In this document: in pieces, positions 19,882-30,508 of the stretch | How positions within the stretch are numbered: the first letter of the stretch is position 1 | Layout: each line of letters opens with the position of its first letter | DNA from: Alphaproteobacteria bacterium | Lineage (GTDB): Bacteria; Pseudomonadota; Alphaproteobacteria; UBA828 | Direction of reading: 5' to 3' | Assembly (NCBI GenBank): GCA_965220745.1 | Contig: CBDCQT010000010.1 | Coordinates: 608,001 to 672,000, forward strand | Length of the DNA stretch: 64,000 bases | Notes under the pieces: generated by a model | What the model was told of the DNA's origin: nothing | The model's database searches: none | What the model saw: only the letters and a program-made list of their open reading frames with translations | Program-made: the position numbers and the translations under genes

Positions 19882-20191
19882 CCCGGGCAATCCAAGCAGC
19901 CTTCCTCCGGGGCGGGTCGATCATGCGGTGCTCGATGCGACGAGCGAGGATGATATCGCACGGCAGGCGCGCGAAGACGACGCCGAGGCGATGCAGGACA
20001 TGGCGCGATTTACCCGCCGGGTGCGCAAGCGCCTGGGGCTGACGCAGTTGGAGTTCGCTCGCCGCATCGACGTGCCGCACGAGACGATCCGCAACTGGGA
20101 GCAAGGCAAGCGCGGGCCCACGGGTGCCGCCAGAGCCTTGCTCAGGATCCTCGACAAGGCGCCCGAGACGGCCCTGCGCGTGCTGGACTGA
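19856..20191 (+). CDS. XRE/Cro-type HTH antitoxin
   Basis: RKRLGLTQLEFA, IRNWEQGKRGPTGAARALL; overlaps the toxin gene. Confidence 0.85.
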   Translation: MSRTRVRIDPGNPSSLPPGRVDHAVLDATSEDDIARQAREDDAEAMQDMARFTRRVRKRLGLTQLEFARRIDVPHETIRNWEQGKRGPTGAARALLRILDKAPETALRVLD

Positions 20192-20293
20192 TTTTCGGGG
20201 AAGCCCGCTCCAAACCGCCTCGTCATTCCGTTCAAGCGGTAGGCTCTGCACGATCATTCAACAGTTCAAACAGGGACGTGATCCGTACCGCGG

Positions 20294-20327
20294 GCGCGTT
20301 GACTTGAGCGCGCCGCAGTCCCATCGT
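20294..20327 (+). promoter_or_regulatory. Putative sigma70 promoter of the acetolactate synthase-like gene
   Basis: TTGACT-17nt-CATCGT; the 15-mer GCGCGTTGACTTGAG is shared with the argD upstream region. Confidence 0.5.
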
Positions 20328-20383
20328 GCGCCGCGCATTCAACCGGGCGTGGTGGACAGGGCCGCGCCCTGGAAGGGGGCTCC

Positions 20384-22051
20384 ATGAAAGCGTCCGATCT
20401 GATGGTCAAATGCCTCGAAACCGAGGGCGTGACCCACATCTTCGGAATTCCCGGCGAAGAGAACGCCGACGTGATGATGTCGCTGATGGACAGCAACATC
20501 GATTTCGTCCTCTGCCGCCACGAGCAGGCGGCGGCCTTCATGGCGGACGTCTACGGCCGGCTCACCGGGAAGGCCGGTGTCTGCCTCGGCACGCTCGGCC
20601 CCGGCGCGACCAACCTCGTCACCGGCGTCGCCGACGCCAACATGGACCGCGCGCCGCTGGTCTGCCTCATCGGCCAGGCCGGCACCCAACGCCTTCACAA
20701 GGAGAGCCACCAGAACATGGACTCGGTCTCCATGTTCCGCCCGATCACCAAGTGGGCGCAGACGGTGCACCAGCCGGACAACATTCCCGAGATCGTGCGC
20801 AAGGCCTTCAAGGTCGCGGAAGCCGAGAAGCCGGGCGCGGTGCTGATCGAGCTGCCGGAGGACATCGCCGAGCACGAGGCGAGCGGCGCGCCGATCGCCC
20901 CGATCAAAACCCGGCGGCCCGGCGCCGATTACAAGGCGGTGGCGCGCTCGGTGGATGCGATCATGGGTGCCAGGAACCCGCTGATCCTCGCCGGCAACGG
21001 CGCCATCCGCAAGCGGGCGTCGACCCAGCTCAGGCGCCTCGCCGACCTCACCGGCATCGGCGTGGTCAACACCTTCATGGGCAAGGGGGCCGTGCCGAGG
21101 AGCGACGAGCACTGTCTCTTCACCGTGGGCCTGCAGGGCAAGGACCACATCATCGCAGCACTCCGCGAGGCCGACGTGATCGTCTCCGTCGGCTACGACC
21201 TGGTGGAGTATTCGCCGGCGTTCTGGAACCGCGGCGCGGAGAAGACCATCGTCCATATCGACTTCTGGCCGGCCGAGGTGGACGGCGACTACCAGGTGGA
21301 GGTGGATGTCGCCGGCGATATCGCCGATGCGCTCTGGCAGATCAACGAAGAGATCGAGCGGCGCAGCGCCGACAGCGGCGCGAACCTGCCGCTGTTCGAT
21401 ATCGGCGAGCGCCAGGCGCTGCGCCACACCATCCACGACGACCTCACCGCCGAGCGGGGCAGCAGCCACTTCCCCATGCGCCCGCAGAAGGTGCTCTACG
21501 ACGTGCGCAACGTCATGGGGCCGGAGGACGTGCTGCTCTCCGACGTGGGCGCGCACAAGATGTGGATCGCCCGCTACTACCAGTGCGACGAGGCGAACAC
21601 CTGCCTCATCTCCAACGGCTTCTGCACCATGGGCTTCGCCTTCCCCGGCTCGCTCGGGGCCAAGATCGCCATGCCCGAGCGGCGCATCCTCTCGATCAAC
21701 GGCGATGCCGGGTTTTTCATGAACGCGCAGGACATGGAGACCGCGGTCAGGCGCAAGCTCAACGTGGTCGCCATGATCTGGATGGATGGCGCCTACGGGC
21801 TGATCGAGTGGAAGCAGCGCAACGCCTTCGACGGCCGGCACTTCGACCTCTCGTTCACCAATCCGGACCTCCAGCTCTGGGCCGAGTCCTACGGCGCCTG
21901 GGGGTGCACCATCGAGAAGGCCGATGAGCTCGTGCCCGCGCTGGAAGAGGCGTTCCGGCAGCCGGGGCCTGCGGTGATCGGCGTGCCCATCGACTACGGC
22001 GAGAACATGAAGCTGTCCGCGCGCCTCGGGAAGATCGAATACCCGATCTGA
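20384..22051 (+). CDS. Acetolactate synthase large-subunit family ThDP enzyme
   Basis: FGIPGEEN, RHEQAAAFMA, TLGPGATN, GDAGF ThDP motif; no ilvH small subunit adjacent. Confidence 0.9.
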   Translation: MKASDLMVKCLETEGVTHIFGIPGEENADVMMSLMDSNIDFVLCRHEQAAAFMADVYGRLTGKAGVCLGTLGPGATNLVTGVADANMDRAPLVCLIGQAGTQRLHKESHQNMDSVSMFRPITKWAQTVHQPDNIPEIVRKAFKVAEAEKPGAVLIELPEDIAEHEASGAPIAPIKTRRPGADYKAVARSVDAIMGARNPLILAGNGAIRKRASTQLRRLADLTGIGVVNTFMGKGAVPRSDEHCLFTVGLQGKDHIIAALREADVIVSVGYDLVEYSPAFWNRGAEKTIVHIDFWPAEVDGDYQVEVDVAGDIADALWQINEEIERRSADSGANLPLFDIGERQALRHTIHDDLTAERGSSHFPMRPQKVLYDVRNVMGPEDVLLSDVGAHKMWIARYYQCDEANTCLISNGFCTMGFAFPGSLGAKIAMPERRILSINGDAGFFMNAQDMETAVRRKLNVVAMIWMDGAYGLIEWKQRNAFDGRHFDLSFTNPDLQLWAESYGAWGCTIEKADELVPALEEAFRQPGPAVIGVPIDYGENMKLSARLGKIEYPI

Positions 22052-22070
22052 TCCCTTGTTCAGCGTGCTA

Positions 22071-22104
22071 GCGCGTTGACTTGAGGGGCCTCTGAACGGA
22101 TAGT
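22071..22104 (+). promoter_or_regulatory. Putative sigma70 promoter of argD-argF
   Basis: TTGACT-17nt-GATAGT. Confidence 0.5.
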
Positions 22105-22135
22105 GCGCGCTTTCCAAATCTTGGGAGGCGCTGCC

Positions 22136-23305
22136 GTGTCCACCTCATTGATGGCCAACTATGGCCGTTTCGACCTCACCTTTGAGCGGGGCGAGGGATC
22201 GTACCTCTACACGGCCGACGGCGAGCGCTACCTGGATTTCGGCTGCGGCATCGGCGTGACCAGCCTGGGGCATGCGCATCCGCATGTGGTCGCCGCGCTG
22301 GAGGGGCAGGCCAAAGAGCTTTGGCACGTCTCCAACCTCTATCACATCCCGCCGCAGGCGCGTCTCGCCGAGCGGCTCACCGCCGCGTCTTTCGCCGACC
22401 GTGTGCTGTTCTGCAATTCCGGGGCGGAGGCGATGGAGTGCGCGATCAAGCTCGCGCGCATCTACCAGACCAGCCGCGGCGCGCCCGAGCGCTACCGCGT
22501 GGTCACCTTCCGCAACGCCTTCCACGGACGGACGCTCGCGACCATCGCGGCGGGCGCGCAGGCCAAGCACCTCAAGGGATTCGAGCCTGCCGTGGATGCC
22601 TTCGACCAGGTGGACCTGAACGACCTGGATGCGACCCGTGCCGTAATCGGCGACGAGACCGCGGCCCTGCTGGTCGAGCCGATCCAGGGCGAGGGCGGCG
22701 TCCATCCGGCGACCGACGAATTCTTGCAAGGTTTGCGCGCGCTCGCGGACGAGGCTGGGCTCGTGCTCATCTTCGACGAAGTGCAGTGCGGCGTGGGCCG
22801 CACCGGCCGGCTCTTTGCCCACGAGTGGGCAGGCGTGACGCCCGACATCATGGGTGTCGCCAAGGCGCTGGGGAACGGCTTCCCGATGGGTGCCTGCCTC
22901 GCGCGGGAGGAGGTCGCGGCGGCGATGGTCCCCGGCAGCCACGGCACCACCTTCGGCGGCAACCCGATGGCGTGCACGGTGGGCAATGCCGTGCTCGACG
23001 TGGTGCTCGCCGACGGGTTCCTCGACACCGTGCAGAAGAACGCCGCGCTGCTAGCGGAGCGGCTGACCGCGCTTGCCGGTAACAAGAGCGTCTACACCAG
23101 CGTGCGCGGACGCGGCATGATGCTGGGCCTGGAGTGCATCGTGCCCAACATGGAGCTTCTCGGCGCGCTGCGCGAAAACAAGGTGCTGGCGCTGCCGGCG
23201 GACAGCAACGTGCTGCGCATGCTGCCCCCGCTCACCATCGGCGAGACCGAGATCGACGAGGCCTGCGACGCGCTGGAGCGGGCCTTGGCCCAGGTGGGGT
23301 CGTGA
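22136..23305 (+). CDS. argD: Acetylornithine aminotransferase
   Basis: FCNSGAEA, FHGRT, EPIQGEGG, DEVQCG, AKALGNG, HGTTFGGN; adjacent to argF. Confidence 0.92.
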   Translation: MSTSLMANYGRFDLTFERGEGSYLYTADGERYLDFGCGIGVTSLGHAHPHVVAALEGQAKELWHVSNLYHIPPQARLAERLTAASFADRVLFCNSGAEAMECAIKLARIYQTSRGAPERYRVVTFRNAFHGRTLATIAAGAQAKHLKGFEPAVDAFDQVDLNDLDATRAVIGDETAALLVEPIQGEGGVHPATDEFLQGLRALADEAGLVLIFDEVQCGVGRTGRLFAHEWAGVTPDIMGVAKALGNGFPMGACLAREEVAAAMVPGSHGTTFGGNPMACTVGNAVLDVVLADGFLDTVQKNAALLAERLTALAGNKSVYTSVRGRGMMLGLECIVPNMELLGALRENKVLALPADSNVLRMLPPLTIGETEIDEACDALERALAQVGS

Positions 23306-24207
23306 CCCAGCCGCGCCACTTCCTCGATTTCGACGGGATCGACGCCGCCACGCTGCGCGCGACCATCGACCGGGCGCGCACGCTCAAGGGCCGGAGCGGC
23401 GCCGCGCCGCTCGCCGGCAAGACCCTCGCCGCGATCTTCGAGAGCCCGTCGACGCGCACGCGGGTCTCGTTCGAGGTCGCCATGGACGAGCTCGGCGGCA
23501 AGACCATCACCATGACGGCGTCCGACATGCAGCTCGGGCGCGGCGAGACCATCGAGGACACCGCGTGCGTGCTCTCGCGCTATGTCGATGCGATCGCGCT
23601 ACGCACGTGCTCCCACGAGACCCTGCTGGCGCTCGCCGACGGCGCGAGCGTGCCGGTCATCAACGCGCTCTCCGACCGCAGCCACCCCTGCCAGCTGGTG
23701 GCCGACGTGATGACCTACGAGGAGCACCGGGGCCCCATCGCAGGCCGCACCGTCGCCTGGTTGGGCGACGGCAACAACATGGCCGCGACCTGGGTGCAGA
23801 CCGCCGCGCACTGCGGCTTCAGCCTGCGCCTCGCCTGCCCGGCCGCGTACCCGCCGCCGGCCGAGATCGTTGCTTGGGCGAAGGAGCGGGGCGCCGACAT
23901 CGAGGTGGGCACCGACGTGGCCGGCGCGGTGACCGGCGCCCACTGCGTGGTGACCGACACCTGGGTGTCGCTGCACGATGACCCTGCGCGCAAGGGCAAC
24001 GTGTCGTTCGAGCCCTACCGCGTGGACGAGGCGGTGATGGCGATGGCGGCGCCCGACGCGATCTTCATGCACTGCCTGCCGGCGAAGCGGGGTTGCGAGG
24101 TGACCGACGCGGTGCTCGACGGGCCGCAGTCGGTGGTGTTCGACGAAGCGGCCAATCGCGTGCCGGCGCAGAAGTCGATCCTGCTCTGGTGCCTGGAAGG
24201 CGCCTGA
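23302..24207 (+). CDS. argF: Ornithine carbamoyltransferase
   Basis: STRTRVSF, HPCQ, GDGNNM, FMHCLP. Confidence 0.95.
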   Translation: MTQPRHFLDFDGIDAATLRATIDRARTLKGRSGAAPLAGKTLAAIFESPSTRTRVSFEVAMDELGGKTITMTASDMQLGRGETIEDTACVLSRYVDAIALRTCSHETLLALADGASVPVINALSDRSHPCQLVADVMTYEEHRGPIAGRTVAWLGDGNNMAATWVQTAAHCGFSLRLACPAAYPPPAEIVAWAKERGADIEVGTDVAGAVTGAHCVVTDTWVSLHDDPARKGNVSFEPYRVDEAVMAMAAPDAIFMHCLPAKRGCEVTDAVLDGPQSVVFDEAANRVPAQKSILLWCLEGA

Positions 24208-24268
24208 GCCTTCCCGCGTCGCTACTTATCGTCTAACGCAGCATGCTGACGGCTCCTGAATAACGTGG

Positions 24269-24297
24269 TTGACACTTTGGGTTGTTTGTCACATTAT
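24269..24297 (+). promoter_or_regulatory. Putative sigma70 promoter of the Mrr_N-antitoxin/VapC operon
   Basis: TTGACA-17nt-CATTAT in an AT-rich spacer. Confidence 0.55.
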
Positions 24298-24341
24298 TAC
24301 TTACAAATGAATTCACATCGTCTCGTTCGAGGAATGGTGCC

Positions 24342-24904
24342 GTGCCGACAATCCGCATATCTGACGAATCGATGCAGCGACTGAAGGCGTGGGCGGAGCC
24401 GCTCGTGGACTCGGCGGACTCGGCCCTTGCGAAGGCGCTGGACGCCGCCGAACGCTATCGTGAGACACACGCCCCAACGGCCACAGCCCCCGTTCCACGA
24501 TCCGGCGATCATGCTCCGGGGCTACCGGAGGAGACCGTTAGAGAGCCCCTCATGGATGTCATCTATGAGCGAGGCGGCAGCGCGAGCGGGCGCGAAGTTT
24601 ATCCGGCCCTGAGAGAGCGCGTGAAACGCTACATGACGCCCGGCGATTTCGATCGAATCAGCTCGGGCGACGACAGATGGAGAAGTACTGTGAAGTCGGC
24701 ACGCGAAGACCTGGTTCAAGACGGATATCTCCGCGACGATTCGCCGCGCGGGGTCTGGGCGTTGTCCGACGCGGGCGTCGCATTGGTCGAGAGCCGTCGC
24801 GTGGCTTCCTCGGGCAGCTTCGTCGATCACCTCCTCGCGTTTCCGGACGTGGGCGACGATTCGGACTTCGATCAGCCGCGCTCGGGCCCGCGGCCGGTGG
24901 ACCT

Positions 24905-24908
<4 letters not shown>
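24342..24908 (+). CDS. Putative antitoxin: RHH-like N-terminus, Mrr_N-like winged helix, VapB-like C-terminal tail
   Basis: PTIRISDE..., central GGSA...RW...AREDLVQDGYL..DSPRGVWALSDAG, C-terminal SFVDHLLAFPDVGDDSDF...RPVDL; GTGA overlap with the PIN gene. Confidence 0.7.
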
Positions 24909-26837
<1,929 letters not shown>

Positions 26838-27063
26838 GACGCCCAACACAACATGCTTACGGAGCCTACGTTTAATCTAATGTGAAATGGCTCCAGCCAA
26901 GGCAAGGCAACCATGGATGCGTTTGAGAACGTTGTATCAGAGATTCTCTGGCGCGACGGCTATTGGGTTCAGAATTCCGTAAAGGTTAGACTTACTAGTA
27001 CTACAGTTGCATATTAGTCGATGATGTGATGTCCTCGCTGCGTGATGGACGGGAAGAGGGGGA

Positions 27064-28263
27064 ATGATGAGTATCGCGGCCTGGTCCGGTTCCCTCGTGG
27101 AGTGGGAGGGTGAGCTGTCGTCGCTGAAGGCGCGTCTTGGCCCGGTCTTCGGCCGGCGCGAGCTTCGCGAGACGGGAAGCGCGTTTCTGGATGGCCTCCT
27201 GTCGGGGATTGCGCGCAAGACCGGATGGATGCTGTCGGAGCACGCGGGCTTTGAACGTCCCTGGCGGATCCAGGGCCTCCTGGGCCGAAACCGCTGGGAT
27301 GCTGACGCGCTGCGCGACGAGGTGCGTGCCTATGTCGTGGAAGCGCTCGGTTGCGAGGACGGCGTCCTGGTGGTGGACGAGACAGGCTTTCTGAAGAAGG
27401 GGCGTCACTCGGTCGGGGTCGCACGCCAGTACACGGGGACTGCAGGCCGCATCGAGAACAGCCAGGTCGGTGTCTTTCTCGCCTATGCCGGCCGTTTCGG
27501 CCAGGCCCTGATCGACCGGCGCCTGTACTTGCCGAAGGATTGGGCCTCGGATGAGGCCCGGCGGGCGAAGACGGGCGTCCCGGCCGACCTGACCTTCGCC
27601 ACCAAGCCCGCGCTGGCACGGGAGATGGTGGCGCGCGCCCTGGATGCGGGCGTTCCCTGTGCGTGGGTCCTGGCCGATGCGGTCTACGGGTCGGACTTCG
27701 GCCTGCGCTCCATGCTGGAGGAGCGAGGACAGGCCTACGTGCTGGCGATACGCAGCAACCATCATCTGCGCTTCATCGACGCCGCGGGCTTGATTGAAAC
27801 GACCCCTGCTCAGATCGCCGACGGTCTTGACCACGACGCCTGGTCGGCCCATGCCGCCGGCGAGGGCAGCAAGGGTCTGCGGCTCTACCACTGGGCGCGG
27901 TTCGCTCTGCCCTGGGACTGCCCCTCGGGCTGGCAACGCTGGCTCCTGATCCGCCGCTCCCGGAAAGACCCGGAGAAGCGGGCCTACTATCTTGTCTTCT
28001 GTCCCGTCGCCACGAGCCTTGCCGAGCTGGCAGGCGCCGCCGGTCTGCGCTGGACCATCGAGGAATGCTTTCAGCGGGCCAAGGACGACCTCGGCCTCGA
28101 TCACTGCGAGGCCCGCTCCTGGCACGGCTGGCACCGCCACATGAGCCTCGTCATGGCCGCCGCCGCCTTCCTTGCCAAGGTGACTGCCGACATGCGCCGC
28201 ATGGCATGCCGCAAACGGAACAAATCGAGTCCAGTCATGGCAACAGCCGTCTCGCCGCCATGA
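27064..28263 (+). CDS. IS701-family DDE transposase
   Basis: VVDETGFLKKG..SVGVARQYTG, ADAVYG, RWTIEECF. Confidence 0.93.
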   Translation: MMSIAAWSGSLVEWEGELSSLKARLGPVFGRRELRETGSAFLDGLLSGIARKTGWMLSEHAGFERPWRIQGLLGRNRWDADALRDEVRAYVVEALGCEDGVLVVDETGFLKKGRHSVGVARQYTGTAGRIENSQVGVFLAYAGRFGQALIDRRLYLPKDWASDEARRAKTGVPADLTFATKPALAREMVARALDAGVPCAWVLADAVYGSDFGLRSMLEERGQAYVLAIRSNHHLRFIDAAGLIETTPAQIADGLDHDAWSAHAAGEGSKGLRLYHWARFALPWDCPSGWQRWLLIRRSRKDPEKRAYYLVFCPVATSLAELAGAAGLRWTIEECFQRAKDDLGLDHCEARSWHGWHRHMSLVMAAAAFLAKVTADMRRMACRKRNKSSPVMATAVSPP

Positions 28264-28430
28264 ACGCTCTCGTGCCGACAGTGCCGGAGGTCCGCCATCT
28301 GCTCGCCAAGCTCCTTCTCAGGCCGCCGATCTGTGCCGCGTTCGTCATGCAGTGGTCTCTCTGGCGACGAAGACACCAAGCCCGTGCCGCACGAGCCCAT
28401 TACAAACATCGCCACAAAACGCAACTGTAG
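28260..28430 (+). CDS. Small IS701-associated ORF (transposase C-terminal-like segment in another frame)
   Basis: ATGA overlap with the transposase stop; TVPEVRHLL...WSLWRRRHQARA..AHY. Confidence 0.5.
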   Translation: MNALVPTVPEVRHLLAKLLLRPPICAAFVMQWSLWRRRHQARAARAHYKHRHKTQL

Positions 28431-28435
28431 TATTA

Positions 28436-29276
28436 GGCCGCGTACTCATAAAGTAATTGTCGGCGAGCGCGAATCATGATTCAAGCTCCCAAATTGCGGG
28501 AGCCTGCCGATGAACCGCTACGACCTGACCGACTTCGAGTGGGGCGTGATCGAACCGTTGCTGCCGAACAAGCCTCGCGGCGTCCCCCGCGTGGACGACC
28601 GGCGCGTGCTCAACGGCATTATGTGGGTGCTCCGTTCCGGCGCTCCCTGGCGGGACCTGCCGGAGCGCTACGGGCCCTACACCACCTGTTACAACCGCTT
28701 CAATCGCTGGCGCAAGAACGGGGTGTGGGATCGCCTTATGGACGCCATCGTTGAGGCTTACGACGGCGACATACAGATGATCGACAGTTCCAGCGTCCGG
28801 GTTCACCAGCACGCAGCGGGCTCAAAAAGGGGGGTCCGGATCGTTGCATGGGTCGTTCCCGAGGCGGACTGACGACGAAGATTCACACCGTAGTCGACGC
28901 CAGCGGACTGCCGCTCCGCTTCGCCTTGAGCCCCGGTCAGGCCCACGACAGCACGCTTGCCGGAGCTTTGCTGGACGATCACCTGCCGCCCGACAGTTTC
29001 GTGCTCGCCGACAAGGCCTACGACGCCGATTGGATCAGGGCGATGATCGAGGCGCAGGATGCGGTGCCGATCATCCCCGATCGCAGCAGCACCACCAGGA
29101 CCCATGCCTTCAGCCGCGTGCTCTATCGCCTGCGCAACCGCGTCGAGCGTTTCTTCAACAAACTCAAACAGTTCCGGCGCATTGCAACGCGCTACGAAAA
29201 ACTCGCGGCCAACTACCTCGCCATGATCAAAATCGCCGCAATACGCATCTGGTTGCGTGCTAATGAGTCCACGCCC
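28436..29276 (+). mobile_element. IS5-family (IS427-like) insertion sequence, 841 bp
   Basis: Imperfect 14-bp IR GGCCGCGTACTCAT / ATGAGTCCACGCCC (11/14 match); TA on both flanks. Confidence 0.88.
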
Positions 29277-29279
29277 TAA
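28510..29279 (+). CDS. IS5-family transposase split over two ORFs (28510-28872 and 28848-29279), probable programmed -1 frameshift
   Basis: LTDFEW, WRDLPERYG, IDSS, then GRSRGGLTTKIH, ADKAYD, RNRVERFF; A5G6 run at 28824-28834. Confidence 0.88.
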
Positions 29280-29887
29280 AGCCGACAAGGAAAAGATTAA
29301 TCGGCCATCTTCGCCGCGATGGGAGTTAGACGTTGTTGGATACAGCGGCAAGCAGAACAAAGTTCTGGTGGTGGAGTGCAAGAGTTATCTGGATTCACGC
29401 GGGGTCACCTATAGGGCAGTTTGCGATAATGACAAGAAAAGAGCAAACCGATACAAGCTGTTCATTGACGATACGCTCCGACAAGTCGTACTCAATCGTC
29501 TAAGCTGCCAAATGTTCGAAGGTGGCCTTATTCCTGGAAAGCACCAAATTCAGCTGGTCCTTGCATGTGGGCATATCGCGAGTGAAAACGACAGACAATC
29601 GTTGCATCAGTACTTCCAAAAGCGCGACTGGCTCCTTTGGGACGAAACGTGGCTTCGGAAGCGATTGATCAAAATGTCAGAGGCTGGTTACGAGAATAGC
29701 TCAGTTGCAGTGGTTTCAAAGTTGCTTCTTCGCGAATAGAAGCTATTCGCTTAAGTATTGGCCCAGCTAACTGTCATGCTATAGAGTGGCTTGGGAGCAT
29801 AGGCATATCGTGCGCCAACTAGTATGTGTGTCACAGCCGGCGTGTAGAGCGAGCCGGCGGTTGAGCGATGTCACGGGAGGCAGAGCG

Positions 29888-30427
29888 ATGAGCGACGACA
29901 TCATCTCGGTGGACGAGTTCGAGAAGACGCGGGTCGCGCGCTTCAACGAGCTCCACGGCAGCACGCTGCCCATGCTGGACGCGGTGATCCCCGGCTGCGA
30001 GCGCGAAATCTTCCACATCATCGGCCGCGGCGTCGGCGAGGACGCGACGCAGAAGGCCGCGATCACCGACAACCGCGACTTCAACGTTGCCGTGGTGCGC
30101 TGCGAGGCCGGCAAGGGCACGCTGCACCATGACCACGAGACCAACGAGGTCTTCATGCCGCTCAAGGGCCGCTGGAAAATCTTCTGGGGCGACGACGAGG
30201 ACACCCGCTGCGTCTTCCTCGACCCGTGGGACGTGGCCTCCTGCCCGCCCCACGTGATGCGGGGCTTCCGCAATGTGAGCGACGAGGAAGGCCTGCTCTT
30301 CGTCATCGTCGGCGCCACCGACCCCGGCCGCGTGACCTGGCGAGATGACGTGCTTGAGGAGGCCGAGCGCCGCGGCCACAAGCTGACCGAGAACGGCATC
30401 GAGCGGGTGCCGGCGGCAGCCGAGTAG
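29888..30427 (+). CDS. Cupin domain protein
   Basis: HHDHETNEVF and PPHVMRGFRN cupin motifs; GGAGG RBS. Confidence 0.8.
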   Translation: MSDDIISVDEFEKTRVARFNELHGSTLPMLDAVIPGCEREIFHIIGRGVGEDATQKAAITDNRDFNVAVVRCEAGKGTLHHDHETNEVFMPLKGRWKIFWGDDEDTRCVFLDPWDVASCPPHVMRGFRNVSDEEGLLFVIVGATDPGRVTWRDDVLEEAERRGHKLTENGIERVPAAAE

Positions 30428-30508
30428 CCGCGCAAGAGCGCCTTTTTTCGCTCACGGCAGCCGGCGATTCTGCGATTCCGCGCGCCTGCCGGCGCGACCG
30501 GCGCCCTC

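Larger units (their letters stand above)
26999..28433 (+). mobile_element. IS701-family insertion sequence
   Basis: Perfect 12-bp IR TACTACAGTTGC (26999-27010) / GCAACTGTAGTA (28421-28432); flanked by TAG on both sides. Confidence 0.88.
26913..29739 (+). pseudogene. PD-(D/E)xK-type nuclease gene interrupted by two IS elements (pieces 26913-26995 and 29277-29739)
   Basis: Removing the inserts restores CTT ACT AAA GCC and a 181-aa ORF: MDAFENVVSEILWRDGYWVQNSVKVRLT-KADKEK...WELDVVGY...VVECKSY. Confidence 0.8.

Noticed and set aside
20339-22117. Long antisense ORFs here and at 37392-38993, 41918-43804, 46897-49152, 49441-51144 and 56228-58501
   Set aside because: They mirror well-supported sense genes and have no motifs; expected from GC3 bias
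27001-28140. 379-aa antisense ORF inside IS701
   Set aside because: Antisense to the transposase, with no independent support
29257-29739. 160-aa ORF as an intact gene
   Set aside because: Its start lies inside the IS5 end; it is the 3' part of the gene beginning at 26913
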